Below are positions 1 to 12,476 of a DNA stretch of 64,000 nucleotides, in pieces. Position 1 is the stretch's first letter. Each line of letters starts with the position of its first letter. The translations under genes were made by a program, and so were the position numbers. This DNA comes from Ascoidea asiatica JCM 7603 (Eukaryota > Fungi > Ascomycota), in NCBI GenBank assembly GCA_001600695.1, contig BCKQ01000002.1, positions 360,890 to 424,889 of the forward strand. The letters run 5' to 3'. The notes beneath the pieces were generated by a model. That model did no database searches. It was not told where the DNA came from and was given only the letters and a program-made list of their open reading frames with translations.

Positions 1-859
1 TTATTTTTTTTTTTTTTTTTGTGGTGCGTCATTCTGCTGGAAGTTGTTTAAATCCCGGATTTCTATATTCCGTAAAGAAAGGGTGCTTTTCTTTCCAAGC
101 AGAGAGATCCCGGCATGGATATAACATTATTATATTGTTTTAAGAACCTGGCCTAGACCAAATTATTTAAGAGTACAATTTAGAAAGATTAATTAAAAGC
201 AAGAAACACAAGAATATTTCTTGAATGATTACTATATGGTTTCTAGAGAAGAATAGATGCCTATGCTGAAAGATAGATAAATATGGTTAGTAAGTAATTT
301 AGAATTTTAGAAAAGGACTGAAATGAAAAAACATATAGCACATAATAAAACACTGAAGAACGGGCAAAGTTTTTGATTTGATTAGAATAAAAACCATAAA
401 AAAAAAAAAATTAAAGAAGGAAAAGATTATAAGAAATAATTATTTATGAAAGGTTGAAGAGGTTAAAAAATTTAATAAAAAAAATACAAGGGCAAGATAA
501 AAGATGTCAAAAAAGAAATTATCAAAATTTTGAAAATAAAATTATGAAAGTTGTGAAAGTATAAAAAGTTAATTATAAAAAATAAAATTAAGTTTTTTTT
601 TGAGAAATATGAAAGATGAAGTAAAATATGAGTAAAGGAAGTGATGATTGTTTGAAAAAGAAATTTTAATGGCTTTAATTAAAGTTGAAGGTAAAATAAA
701 TTAAAGAAAGCAAAAAAGTAAAATAGATAAGAAAAATAGGTAAATAGGTAAATAACAATAAAAAATAGAAACAAAAAAAATAAAGATAAGTAAGTTAAAA
801 TTTGATAAGAAAATGAATAATTAATGATGAACAATGAATTTGAAGAAGATAGATGTATT

Positions 860-1576
860 TTAAATTACAATCTCAATATCAAATTCATCACAAGAATCAA
901 AATAATCGGCATTATTATTGTTATCATTGCTATCATTATTATAGTTATTATTATAGTTGATATCGTTGTTATTGTTATTATTATTGTTATTCTTATCAAT
1001 ATCACAGTATTTTCTTTTTCTTTTTAAGCTGGATTTTTCATTTGAAATAATGTTTTTATTATTGTTGTTATTATTGTTATTCTTATTACTTATGTTGGTA
1101 AGAGTATTAACAATTTTATTATTTGAAAATAAAGAAGAATTTGGAAGATAATTTGAAGTTGAAAAAGAATTTGAAATTGAATTTGAATTTAAAATTTTAT
1201 TTGAAGAAAAATTAAAGTTAAAATCAGAATTAGTTGAAATTGGAGTACAAGGTAATAACATTGAATCACAAGAGCTTAATGAAGAATCTTTTGAATGATA
1301 AGAATTTGGAGTTTCAGTAGTAAAAGAAATAAAAGGAGATTCTAAAAAAGAAGATGAATTATCAGTAATCTCATAGTCTGAAATCAAATTATTTTCATTT
1401 TTTTTAACATTTTTTGATTTATTATTGTTATTGAAATTTGTATTACAATTTAGAGGATGTAATACTGGTTTTTTGGGAGTAATGAAAGAACTTTTTTTAT
1501 CCGAATTATTATTAACGCCAATAATTTTATCTTGAATATTATTAAGATTGGTTTGATTATTATTTGTATTATTCAT
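860..1576 (-). CDS. Hypothetical Asn/Ser-rich disordered protein (238 aa)
   Basis: Open ORF with A-rich start context, several S/T-P sites (TPKK, SPF, TPN, TPI) and a basic KRKRK patch. No family recognised. Confidence 0.65.
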   Translation of the reverse strand: MNNTNNNQTNLNNIQDKIIGVNNNSDKKSSFITPKKPVLHPLNCNTNFNNNNKSKNVKKNENNLISDYEITDNSSSFLESPFISFTTETPNSYHSKDSSLSSCDSMLLPCTPISTNSDFNFNFSSNKILNSNSISNSFSTSNYLPNSSLFSNNKIVNTLTNISNKNNNNNNNNKNIISNEKSSLKRKRKYCDIDKNNNNNNNNNDINYNNNYNNDSNDNNNNADYFDSCDEFDIEIVI

Positions 1577-3056
1577 TTCAGAATTTTTTAAAAATGTTTT
1601 TATAAGAAGAAATTTAAAATTTTTGAAAGTTTTTTTTTGATTTTTTTTTTTTTAATTTTTAATTTTTATAATGATTTATTGAATTAACCTAAAATTGTGA
1701 AATAAAAGTCATCACTATGAATAAAGGAAAGAAAGATCATATAGATGTATATATCTAAAATGAAAAGCAATATATAAATATATATATTGGCAAAGATAAA
1801 GAGATATCTGCTTTAATTATTTAGTAAGTCTACCTATTGATATCAATATTTATAGGAATATAAACATAGATATAAAAAAATATAAATATAAACAAGAATA
1901 AAAGATAAGTTTTATTGTTTCTGCTTAGAGACAGATAATTAATTATTCTTTTGCATTCGTGCAATATTTTATTACCAATAATAAATTTTAATACAATTTG
2001 CAAAAATTCAAGCAATTTGATACCGATTTCTTACTGCAGTATGTTTTTTGGTATCATGCACTGGCGAGAAAAAGAAGCGAAAGAAAGGTCACCAACACCA
2101 ACGGTAGAGCGCACATTTGTGGCGTAGCAGCTTTGCAAAACATTATTGCGTAGAACTGATACGTATAGCTTTTGCGTTGTACCGCATACTTCAGTGTTAC
2201 GACAGGGTAGACACTAAGCCTGCTGCGCGCCATGGCTTTCAGTGCTACCCGGCCCAGTTTGCGCAATGCATTTCGTCCCTGTTTCAAGGATGTCTTTGTG
2301 AAATGGGACCTTGGATTAGTGGTGAGTTGGTGCTGAATTAGTACCGTAGCTCAATACTTTGGTGTTGGTTTGGTGTGAGCAGCGTATTTCCAATTAAACC
2401 TCAGCATAGCAATCTAAGCTTTGTTAATTAAAGCTTAGCAGCAGAACACCATGGTTACTATCGTGTTTTCTTTTCTTTTCCCTTTTGTTTTCTTTTTCCT
2501 TTGTTCCTTTACGAATTCGATTTGAAATTCAAATGTATCTTGAGAAAAGAAATGTACTTCTGAGTATATTTATCTTCCAGACAGTTTCCGGGTTAAGTCT
2601 AAGTTTATTTCTTTTTTACATGAAATTGTTGAAAAGGATCCCAGCAATAGCTTCAAGCAACTGTGGATAGGTAATTGAGTAATTACTCGTTTGTTTCTAA
2701 TTTTGTTTTTCAAATTGAAACTCATCGCGAGATATGTAACGAAGAAATTTATCTTTGTTTGCAATGCCATGATTTGACCTCCAAAAGTTTATTTCTTGCG
2801 AATCTCTAGACATTTAAACTACATTACAGTTGATGAAAAGAAAAAAAGCAGAATTGTGTAATTTATTACTACTCTCTAAGAATAAGTTAAATTGATTTTG
2901 AATAAAAGTTAATACATAAAAATTGAAATAAAGAAATGAAAATTAATACTAGAAAAAGTTTTACTGTAGAAGACTATTAAACCAAACTATAGCAAATTTA
3001 AAAATTTAAGAAAAACCTATTAGCAAAATAACTGAAAATCATTTTTTAATCAAAAA

Positions 3057-4187
3057 TCAGAAATCTTCAGTTTGACCTAATTCAAAGGCATATGCAGTGG
3101 CAACTTTTGTAAATTCAGCAATATGAGTAAAATTTAATCTATCAACTGTATCTTTTGTTGAATGAATAAATCTACTACTTGAATCAAATTCACTTTCAAT
3201 AAGAAATGAACTTGGATATCCAAAATGTGTAGCACTACTATGATCTGAACATGCATATCCACATTCAGTTTCAACATATTCAATTGTTGATATTTCATTT
3301 ATAACTAATTTTAAAAAATTTGTTAATCCTTCATTAACATAATCTGTTATAACTCCAATTGAAGGTATTGTTGAACCAGCTGTATATCCAGTCATATCTA
3401 ATTGAAGCATTGCAGCAACTTTTTTAGTTCGGGTTGAATATGCTTTAAAAATATCTAAAGAACCTAAACATCCACCTTCTTCTGCTGAATAGAAATGAAA
3501 TTCAATTGGATTTACAAATTCAATATCTTTAGACATTTTTGAAATTAATCTCAAAGATTCTAAAACACTTACAGTACCACTACCATCATCATCAGCTCCT
3601 GGTGCTCCAAAAAAACTTGGAAATAATAAATTTATTGAATCTTGATGAGCTCCAACAACAATTGTATTATCACTTTTACCTGGAATTTTAACAATAATTG
3701 AAAATTGTTTCCAAGAATGATGAAATTCTTCAATTTTAATCTTTGGATTAATATCACTTGAAATTGATTTAATTTTACTTTTTAACCAACTTGCACTTTC
3801 TAATCCATAATCACTTTTATAATATCTTGTATAAAATGATGTAAATTTAACTAAATTCTCATAAATAGATGATATATTTAAATCCATTAAACTATTCTCA
3901 ATAATTGTTTTTTGAGTTATATTTTTTGGAAATTTATAATCTATATTATTAATATTATTATCAGAAGGATTTAAATCAGAAGAAAAATCTAATTCAGTAA
4001 CATCTAAAAAATTAATTTTATTTTTTTTTAAATTAATTTTTTCAATTTCTGTAACAAGAATTGGATCTTCATTTTTCTCAAGTTTAATTAATCTTTTTTC
4101 ATTACTAAAATCATCAAAATTAAAATTTAAAAATGGTAAACTGTTAGAAAAACCAACGAGACAACTTAAAGCTAAAATGAATTTCAT
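3057..4187 (-). CDS. M28-family Zn leucyl aminopeptidase with signal peptide (YDR415C/LAP-like)
   Basis: Hydrophobic N-terminus; metal-ligand motifs GAHQDS, GADDDGSG, AEEGG, DMTGY, CGYACSDH and IHS. Confidence 0.93.
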   Translation of the reverse strand: MKFILALSCLVGFSNSLPFLNFNFDDFSNEKRLIKLEKNEDPILVTEIEKINLKKNKINFLDVTELDFSSDLNPSDNNINNIDYKFPKNITQKTIIENSLMDLNISSIYENLVKFTSFYTRYYKSDYGLESASWLKSKIKSISSDINPKIKIEEFHHSWKQFSIIVKIPGKSDNTIVVGAHQDSINLLFPSFFGAPGADDDGSGTVSVLESLRLISKMSKDIEFVNPIEFHFYSAEEGGCLGSLDIFKAYSTRTKKVAAMLQLDMTGYTAGSTIPSIGVITDYVNEGLTNFLKLVINEISTIEYVETECGYACSDHSSATHFGYPSSFLIESEFDSSSRFIHSTKDTVDRLNFTHIAEFTKVATAYAFELGQTEDF

Positions 4188-4445
4188 TTTTTGAAATGTT
4201 CTTCTATAAAAAGTTCTTGAATTTCAATTGTAAGTATTTTATTCAAATATTAGAATAGTAAATAATAAGAACCAGAAGAGATTTAGTGACGCTAATTAAT
4301 TTCAAAGATAAATAGATTATGCAAAGTTATTAATTATAATGGTGGAAAGATTACTCAATCTAATCCACTATCCTTATTGAATTTCTTAGCCGTAATGATA
4401 GAGTCATGTGATATTATTACCGACCGTTAACAGTTAACTGTTTAT

Positions 4446-4454
4446 AATTTTTCA
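4446..4454. promoter_or_regulatory. RRPE-like element in the aminopeptidase/DBP5 divergent promoter
   Basis: AATTTTTCA about 170 nt upstream of the DBP5 ATG. AT-rich background weakens the call. Confidence 0.4.
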
Positions 4455-4623
4455 TCCTCTAGTGGTATGCAAGAATAAAAACAAAGCAAATTTTATTAAA
4501 AAGAGCAGAAATGACAACATACAACCAAAAAAATTAAATTAGTCCTTGGTATATATTTTTGAGTTCCTTTAATTTAAAATAATAGTTCAAATATTTCTTT
4601 TCTAAATAATAATAAAGAGTATA

Positions 4624-6078
4624 ATGGGTGATAAATCTTCAATGGATGCCAGTGACTTATTATCAAGTCTTTCTTTATCACAATCCAAAAAAAATGCTGA
4701 TTCAACAGTTGAACAAAAAGACAAAGTAAACAATGTTGAAGAACCAAAAAAATCTTCTTCGAATAATTCTAATGAAGTATCATTGGAAGATAATAATGAT
4801 ATCAAAAAGATACCTGAATCAAATTTAATATCATCCACTTATGAAGTTAAAGTTAAATTGTCTGATTTACAGGCAGATCCAAATTCTCCTTTATATTCTG
4901 TTAAAACCTTTGAGGAATTAGGATTATCCCCAGAATTATTAAAAGGTTTATATTCTATGAAATATTCCAAACCATCAAAAATTCAAGAAAAAGCCTTACC
5001 TTTATTAATCAATAATCCTCCAAGAAATTTAATTGGTCAATCACAATCTGGTACAGGAAAAACGGCAGCATTTTCATTAAATATATTAACAAGAGTTGAT
5101 ATAAATGTAAATAAAGTTCAATGTATATGCTTATCTCCAGCAAGAGAATTAGCTAGACAAACTTTAGAAGTTATTCAAACAATGGGAAAGTTTACTAAAA
5201 TAACAACTCAATTAATTGTACCAAATTCTTATGATAGAAATTCAAAATTAAATGCCCATGTTTTGGTTGGAACACCAGGAACTTTATTAGAAACTATTCG
5301 AAAAAAAATGATTGATTTATCTCAATTGAAAGTTTTTGTTTTAGATGAAGCTGATAATATGTTAGATTTATCAGGTTTAGGAGATCAATGTAAAAGAATT
5401 AAAAAATTTTTACCTGTATCAACTCAATTAGTTTTATTTTCAGCTACATTTCCTGATAAAGTTAGAAAATTCGCTGAAAGATTTGTACCTAATGCGAATT
5501 CTCTAGAATTAAAACATGAAGAATTAAATGTTGAGGCGATAAAACAATTATATATGAATTGTAAAAGTGAAGAACATAAATTTGAAGTATTATGTACTTT
5601 ATATGGTATATTGACCATAGGATCATCAATTATTTTTGTACAAACTAAACAAACAGCAAATAAATTATATTATCAAATGAAAAAAGAAGGTCATTCAATA
5701 TCATTATTACATGGAGATTTAGAAAGTCAAGAAAGAGATAAATTAATTGATAATTTTAGGGAAGGCAGATCAAAAGTCTTAATAACCACAAACGTTTTAA
5801 GTAGAGGTATAGATATACCTTCAGTTTCAATGGTTGTTAATTATGATTTACCTGTTGATAGAAGTGGTAAAGCAGATCCTTCAACATATTTACATAGAAT
5901 TGGTAGAACTGGTAGATTTGGTAGAGTTGGTGTTTCTATAAGTTTTGTTCATGATGAAAAATCATTGCATGTATTAGCAGATATCAAACAATATTTTGGT
6001 AATATTGAAATGACTGAAGTTCCAATAGATGATTTGGAAGAAGTTGAAAAAATTGTCAATAAAGTACTCAAAAATTAA
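4624..6078 (+). CDS. DBP5: DEAD-box RNA helicase for mRNA export
   Basis: LQADPNSPLYS N-terminal signature, SQSGTGKT, DEAD, SAT and HRIGRTGRFG motifs. Confidence 0.97.
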   Translation: MGDKSSMDASDLLSSLSLSQSKKNADSTVEQKDKVNNVEEPKKSSSNNSNEVSLEDNNDIKKIPESNLISSTYEVKVKLSDLQADPNSPLYSVKTFEELGLSPELLKGLYSMKYSKPSKIQEKALPLLINNPPRNLIGQSQSGTGKTAAFSLNILTRVDINVNKVQCICLSPARELARQTLEVIQTMGKFTKITTQLIVPNSYDRNSKLNAHVLVGTPGTLLETIRKKMIDLSQLKVFVLDEADNMLDLSGLGDQCKRIKKFLPVSTQLVLFSATFPDKVRKFAERFVPNANSLELKHEELNVEAIKQLYMNCKSEEHKFEVLCTLYGILTIGSSIIFVQTKQTANKLYYQMKKEGHSISLLHGDLESQERDKLIDNFREGRSKVLITTNVLSRGIDIPSVSMVVNYDLPVDRSGKADPSTYLHRIGRTGRFGRVGVSISFVHDEKSLHVLADIKQYFGNIEMTEVPIDDLEEVEKIVNKVLKN

Positions 6079-6334
6079 TTCCAAATTTAGGTATAAGACA
6101 TTAAAATTTTTTTTTTGGTAATATACAGTATGTTTAATTTATATAATTAGTTATCTTACTTTATTTTAGAATTGTATAATTTAAAATTTCAGTTTTTATT
6201 GAAGTAGAAGATATTTAATGAAAAGGAATATTTATTAATTTTTTTTTATCTTAAAATCATTCAATAAGTTCTTAATTAATAATTTGTTTAATTACAAGGC
6301 TTTTATCGAGATTGTAAATTGAATAAAAGTATAT

Positions 6335-6958
6335 TTAAATAGCTTCTTGGAGAACTTTATTAAGTTTGGTGATTTTGGAAGAAACAGATAAATCAACAGT
6401 TCTATCAGCAACTTCAACAACTAAACCACCTAGGATTTCAGGATTGACTTTATTGACTAATTTAAGAGTTTTACCTTCACCTACAAAAGAAGAAGCGGAA
6501 ATTGCTTTTTGAATTCTGTCAAGGTAAGAACTTTTTAAAGGTTCAGAACTTGTAACAGTTGCTTGAATTAAACCATTATGAGCATCATTAAGAATATTAA
6601 ATTGAGAATAAATTGAACTGAAAAGAGATAATCTGTTATTTTGACTTAAAACAGATAATAAATTTGAAACAGTTTTATCTAAAGAAGTTTTATTTGTAAT
6701 TGTATCAACAACAATTTTACGATCATCAGCAGATAAAGCAGGATTTTCTAAAATGGCAACAATTTTTGGATCTTTTTTAATCAAATTTGAAATTGAAGTC
6801 AAAGAAGAATAAGCTTTTTCAATAGAAGATTCTTTTGCAGCAGCAGAATATAAAGCAGTGGCATAAGTACCATCTAAACCAAATAATTGTACTGGAGGTT
6901 TAACAGCTCTAACGACTTTTGAAAGATGAAATGAACGGGTGAAGATTCTTGAAGCCAT
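6335..6958 (-). CDS. ATP5: Mitochondrial ATP synthase OSCP subunit
   Basis: Presequence, then [17 protein letters not shown] and [20 protein letters not shown]. Confidence 0.97.
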   Translation of the reverse strand: MASRIFTRSFHLSKVVRAVKPPVQLFGLDGTYATALYSAAAKESSIEKAYSSLTSISNLIKKDPKIVAILENPALSADDRKIVVDTITNKTSLDKTVSNLLSVLSQNNRLSLFSSIYSQFNILNDAHNGLIQATVTSSEPLKSSYLDRIQKAISASSFVGEGKTLKLVNKVNPEILGGLVVEVADRTVDLSVSSKITKLNKVLQEAI

Positions 6959-7214
6959 TGATTAAATATTTAGTAAAATGATGTAAAATTAATAATTAAA
7001 TGACCAAACTACAAATTCTGTTGAGGTTATTTAAATGTTAAAATTTATAGAATTATAAATTCCTTTAATTTCAATTTAGTTAAATCAATATTTTATGATA
7101 ATTGCAGGCTCCAAAACCTTTAGACACTCTATTAAGGTTAGCTCTCATAGTACTACAGTAGTTAACTCCAGATCCAGAGGTTAAGATTAACTTGAAAATT
7201 AAAATAACCCTACG

Positions 7215-7335
7215 ATTGGCTGTTCAGGTGACATTGGTCCAATCACGGCAACCAAATTCCAGCAGAGCTAAGAAAACTCTCCAAAAATCAAGCGCCCCAT
7301 GGTGGCGTAAAATTGTCTTGACCATAGTCACGTGA
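7215..7335. promoter_or_regulatory. ATP5/RML2 divergent promoter with three CCAAT boxes and a Cbf1-type E-box
   Basis: ATTGG at 7215 and 7233, CCAAT at 7239, GTCACGTGA at 7327-7335. HAP-complex control of respiratory genes is established in yeasts. Confidence 0.6.
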
Positions 7336-7549
7336 TTTTATTTTAATTTGTTCGAAGAATGGGTGGATTACATAATCCCACCGAAAAACTGAAATATTTT
7401 CTTTTTATGAGGGAGTGAGAAACAGATGTGTTGAATTAAAAGCAGAAGCAGAAGCAGAAAACGAATAGAAATCAGAGTAATAAACAACAGCAAAAGCATC
7501 AAGAGCAATTTTTTCTTTCAGCAGAAACAATATTTCTGATATTAAAAAA

Positions 7550-8890
7550 ATGTTTGCTGCTCGAAAATTGGCAACGTTCACCAGGGCGTCTCCATCCATT
7601 GCTTCAAGTAGTTCACTTTTTGCCCTGTCTTTGTCCTCTTTTTCTAAAATTGCATATCCTTATATTTCTTCAACCTCATTCATCTCAATTCATAGAAATT
7701 ATGCAACGGTAAAAGAAAGCAAATCAAAATCAATTTCAGCTTCAATAAGGAGTTCTTCAAAGAATTCTTCAAAAAATTCCACTCAAGCTAGACAAAGAAT
7801 CAGGCCTCATTCATCTAATAAGTCTGCAACCTCTAAATCCGCTTTAGAAAATGCTTTACCTCAATTAAATTTGAGTAATTTAAAGATTGTACCAAATAGT
7901 TCAGATTTAACTGAATTAGAAAAACAGGATCAATTAATACAGAGAAGAAGAAAATTAGCCAAAGAAATTGTTAAATTTAAAAAATATAAACCTACTTCCC
8001 CTGGTGTGAGATGGTATAGAAAACCAATATATGAATATCTTCATAAAGGGGGGCCTATAAGAAGTTTAACTGTAGCAAAAAAGCAATTTGGCGGTAGAAA
8101 TAATAGTGGAAAGATTACTGTCAGACATAGAGGTGGAGGACATAAAAGAAGAACAAGATTAGTAGATTTTTATAGAAAAGAACCAGGTCAACAAACTGTT
8201 GTTCGTATAGAATATGATCCTGGTAGAACCTCTCATATTGCTTTATTAAAACATTCAACTACTGGAAAACTATCTTATATATTAGCTTGTGATGGTATCA
8301 GACCTGGCGATACCCTTGAAAGTTTTAGAAATGGTATTCCTAGTTCTTTGATCAAAGAAATGGGTGGTAAAGTAGATCCTGCTATTTTATCCTCAAAAAC
8401 TTGCCAAAAGGGTAATTGCTTACCATTATCAATGATTCCAATTGGTTCCATAGTTCACAGTGTTGGAATGAATAAAAATGGTCCTGCTAAATTTTGCAGA
8501 GCTGCAGGTTCTTATGCAAGATTATTACAAAGATTACCTGAAAAAAAGAAAGCCGTTATTAGATTGCAAAGTGGTGAACAACGTTATGTAGCTTTAGAAA
8601 GTTGTGCAACTCTTGGAATTACTTCAAATACTGCTCATCAATTAGAATCTTGGGGTAAAGCTGGTAGATCAAGATGGAGAGGTATTCGACCAACTGTAAG
8701 AGGTTTAGCAATGAATAAATGTGATCATCCTCATGGTGGTGGTAGAGGTAAAAAGAAATCAAATAAATTATCAATGTCTCCTTGGGGTACTCTAGCAAAA
8801 GGTTTCAAAACCAGAAAAGGTAAAAATCAAAATAAAATGAAAGTTAAAGATAGACCAAGAGGTAAATCTCGTAAAGAATTGAGACAATGA
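7550..8890 (+). CDS. RML2: Mitochondrial ribosomal protein uL2m
   Basis: [29 protein letters not shown] and [11 protein letters not shown] motifs; Ser/Arg-rich presequence. Confidence 0.97.
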   Translation: MFAARKLATFTRASPSIASSSSLFALSLSSFSKIAYPYISSTSFISIHRNYATVKESKSKSISASIRSSSKNSSKNSTQARQRIRPHSSNKSATSKSALENALPQLNLSNLKIVPNSSDLTELEKQDQLIQRRRKLAKEIVKFKKYKPTSPGVRWYRKPIYEYLHKGGPIRSLTVAKKQFGGRNNSGKITVRHRGGGHKRRTRLVDFYRKEPGQQTVVRIEYDPGRTSHIALLKHSTTGKLSYILACDGIRPGDTLESFRNGIPSSLIKEMGGKVDPAILSSKTCQKGNCLPLSMIPIGSIVHSVGMNKNGPAKFCRAAGSYARLLQRLPEKKKAVIRLQSGEQRYVALESCATLGITSNTAHQLESWGKAGRSRWRGIRPTVRGLAMNKCDHPHGGGRGKKKSNKLSMSPWGTLAKGFKTRKGKNQNKMKVKDRPRGKSRKELRQ

Positions 8891-9404
8891 TAAAACTGTG
8901 CTTCAATTATGCTCTATTATGTATATATTTATATATCCAATTATTATTTTAATTCACTTTGTTTTAAATAAATAAGTAGGATATTCATCCAATAACTCTT
9001 TGTAAGTTTTATAGTCAACTGTATGAGATGTGAGAATTTTAATAATTAGAATCTGATTTTATTCTTGTAGCCTTTAATAATAAATCCGTTTTTATCAAGG
9101 TGATTTGTATAAAGTTATTTTGAAATCGATTACAATTGTCCTGAAAAGACGGGGTTTGGTCATTCTAACTTTCAAAAATAGAACTAACAAATCTAAGAAA
9201 AATTTGGCTCTTGTTCTAAGAAGCAAAAGATATCTTTAATTCTGGTAACTCTTAGTATTGTAAATTAATTAAATCTCAATATTTTGTGCAAATTTTCAAC
9301 TCAAGCCATTCTTAGCTTAAAATCAAATAGAAATTGAATTTTGTTACCGATTACCAATATTTCTTGAGTTTTCATCATTAATACTCTTCTTGATTTTTTC
9401 AAAA

Positions 9405-12400
9405 ATGGCTACTTCCCTTTCAAATAAAGTTATTCAACAAAATTTCATTGACATAACAAAGGAATTTAAAAATTTAGCAAAAGGTTTGTATTTTTTGATT
9501 TATTTCTACTCGAGCATTTGTTTAAATCTAAACTTTACTAACTCACCTTTTTTCTTTTCACTCAAAAGATATTCCTAATGGAAATGTTATCAAAAATCCA
9601 GCTTTTACACTTATGGAAGGAACTAGAGGTTTAGAAGTATGTATATTTTCAAACTTTTTTTACAAGGCTCAAACAATCAATTATTTTTATTTTTTTCTGT
9701 TTTCTAACTTAAATTTTATTGAATTTGGTTTAAAAAGGTATTGAATCTCAAATTTGACACTACTTTAATCAAACTCCCGAGTGATGAAGAGAACTTTAAT
9801 ACTGAATTACCTCAAAATTTAGATTCTGTTTTATCAACGGCAGATAGGTTATTAAGATTATTATTCATATGGCTAAATAATGATTCATTGGCTTCGACTA
9901 TTCTTTCCTGTCAATATGTGGAAACTTTATTAATTAATTATTCTAAAGCTCAAAGGGGAATCAATGTTTGTAATTTTTACAATCCACAAAATGAAGTTTC
10001 TGAAAACATGGAGAAGCAAATCAATATTCGAAATATTGAACGTCAACTAAACGACTTGATAGTTTCGATATCAAGTTTAAATTATTCTAATTTGGATGAA
10101 AATTTGAAAGAGATCAATGAAAATCAGAATACAGTATTAGTTCATAAAGTTTTGAGATCTATAGTTTTAGGTATTTGTCAATTTATAAGTTTTACAATAA
10201 CAATGCCACAGACTGGCGGTTTAATTGAAGAAGAAGATATAAACACATATTCGATGGATTTTGTTTTTTTAAGTTTAATCGACACTAAATTGATCAAAAA
10301 AGAATTAAATGAATCAATTGAATGGTTGAATAATAATAAAAGTTTTAGTATTGAAATTATGAAAAAAAATAAAATTCAAGATAGTGAATTGAAATTGGAA
10401 TTATTAAAAGCAATATCAATAGTAATAGGTGATCTATTAAAAATTCAAGATATGTTGGGTAGTAAAATTCCAATGATTTTAGAAGATTTCAAATTTTTAA
10501 ATAATGATGATCGTGGAAATTATGAAATTCGAAAAAACTCAAAATTAAGAACTACTTTGAAAAATAAAAAAGATTTTCTTTTTTTAAATTCATTGACTAT
10601 AAATTGTCAAAAGATTTATGACAATAATTTGTTTTTGCAAAAATTACCATATTTGAAAGGAAGTTTTTCCAATGGTATTCAAAAAAGAGTTAATAATAAT
10701 AATCCATTCAAAAACAGGGTAGATCCAATGACAGAAAATCATAAATTAGTATATAATTTTAGCAAAAACTTTCGAAAATCAATTGAAATTATTCAAAATA
10801 TCAATAGCTATAAAGAATTTGATAATTATTTGGATGTAATATCAGAAAAACATAATTTATCAAATAATGAAATCAATAATCATATTCTTATCAGATCTAT
10901 ATTAAATTTTTTAATTTTTAGGTCTAATAGAAAAATTTTGGATAATAGAGACATAGATGTTTGCCAATTATATCTTAATGATATGTACTATTTAACAGGC
11001 TATGATTACTTACCACTAAAGTTTTTTGAAGATATAAAGCTCAATAATAATAATAATGATAATAATGGTAGCAGCAGTGCTAGTATTATGAGCAGTAGTA
11101 GTAATAGTAATGATGATAATAAAGAAAATGAAAAAAACAATTCAGAATCGCAATCAATTTTTTTTAAAATTGTTACTTGTTTTATCGATTTCGAGTTAAA
11201 TAATGAGAATTATTTCACAGATGAAGAGAAAGTGAGAATTGGAAATTTGATTAAAAAGTTTTTAAATGATTATGAATCAATTTATCTTGATTTAAAGATT
11301 AAATTTTCGCATAATGAATGTAGACAAAGACAAACAATTAATTCTATTTTACCATTATTAAATATGATTCAAGATTCATCGGAAATGTTAGATTTAGAAT
11401 TAAACGAAAAATATGAATTCAATGGTAATTATAATAATAATAAAAAGCTTGGATTGCCAACTTTTACATCATATATCTATATTAAAAAAGTTGAAAATAT
11501 GATAAAATTTTTATTAGATGGTATTAAATTGAAAATTTATAAAATTTGGGAGTTATTTTCAATCTATTGGTATTCAGAATTTTTAATAACTCAATTGATC
11601 GAATTTTATCTTAATATTAAAATATTAAATTCAAATAGAATTTTAGAAGTTGAAAGGTTAATCCAAGAGGTAAATAAAAATAGTAGTATAAATTTTAAAA
11701 AATTTATTAAATTTAATAATAAATTTTCAGATAGTTTCAATTTAAGTTTACATTCAAATTTCAATTTTAAAAAATTGATTAAAAATAAATCTATAAAGAA
11801 AAAAATCAATGAAAACTATAAAGAAATATTAAAAGATAAAATCTCAAAATTTCGAAAAATTATTGAAAATTTAGATTTTGAAATAAAATACTTGAGTATT
11901 TTAAAAAAAATGGTTTTTAGTGAAAAAAGTTTACTAATATTATTTGAAAAAAATGGATTAATCAAAACACCAAATTTTTCAAAAATTGAAAACATTTTAA
12001 ATAATAAAAAAGCTAAAGAAAAAAGACCAAATACTTTTAATACAATGAATAGTATCGAAAACAATTTAACAAGATCTTTATATATGGCTAGAATGAAAGG
12101 ATTTTATTCAATTCCAATGCCTGAATTTCAAAATTATGAAAAGTATTCAAAAAGTAAAAAGGATTTCTTAGGAAATAATTTCAAAGATATAGTAAAAATA
12201 ATAGAAGAAAGTAATAAATCAGCTAAAAGTGATATTGGAGAAGTTATTGAAATAATTAAAACTCAAGGCATTCTTGGATTTAAACTTTGTGAAAAAGATA
12301 ATATTGAATGGTTCAATTTGATGAAAAGAAGCTGTATTAAAATTGATATAAATTTATTTAAATTATCAAGACTGTCGTCATTTACTGGTAAAGCTGATGA

Positions 12401-12476
12401 TTCAAATAATTGTATGAAATTGAAGATCCAAAGTGATGGATTCCATAGATACTTTCCATCAATTGAGATTTCATAA
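9405..12476 (+). CDS. MAK10: NatC N-acetyltransferase auxiliary subunit (Naa35), three exons, about 961 aa
   Basis: Exons 9405-9483, 9569-9636 and 9738-12476 splice in frame to DITKEF...IKNPAFTLMEGTRGLEVLNLKFDT, the Mak10 N-terminal motif. Also DSLASTILSCQYV and NECRQRQ. Adjacent to RML2, close neighbours in S. cerevisiae. Confidence 0.9.
9484..9568 (+). other. Spliceosomal intron 1 of MAK10 (85 nt)
   Basis: GTTTGT donor, TACTAAC at 9536-9542, first downstream AG (AAAAG). Removal restores the frame. Confidence 0.85.
9637..9737 (+). other. Spliceosomal intron 2 of MAK10 (101 nt)
   Basis: GTATGT donor, TTCTAAC at 9702-9708, first downstream AG (AAAAAG). Joins in frame to the long ORF. Confidence 0.88.

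Noticed and set aside
824-1151. Hydrophobic poly-Ile/Leu ORFs on the + strand (also 27159-27962, 44200-45123, 46777-47325)
   Set aside because: Antisense shadows of (AAT)n poly-Asn tracts in real genes.
2054-2341. Overlapping short ORFs in GC-richer islands (also 23926-24656, 33489-33843, 43406-43688, 48060-48525, 49050-49350)
   Set aside because: They occur in several frames on both strands with atypical codon usage and often non-ATG starts. They are explained by fewer stop codons in GC-rich promoter DNA.
4511-4537. 8-codon uORF upstream of DBP5
   Set aside because: May lie upstream of the TSS; short uORFs arise easily in AT-rich DNA.
9390-9578. 62-aa track ORF
   Set aside because: It is MAK10 exon 1 read through intron 1.
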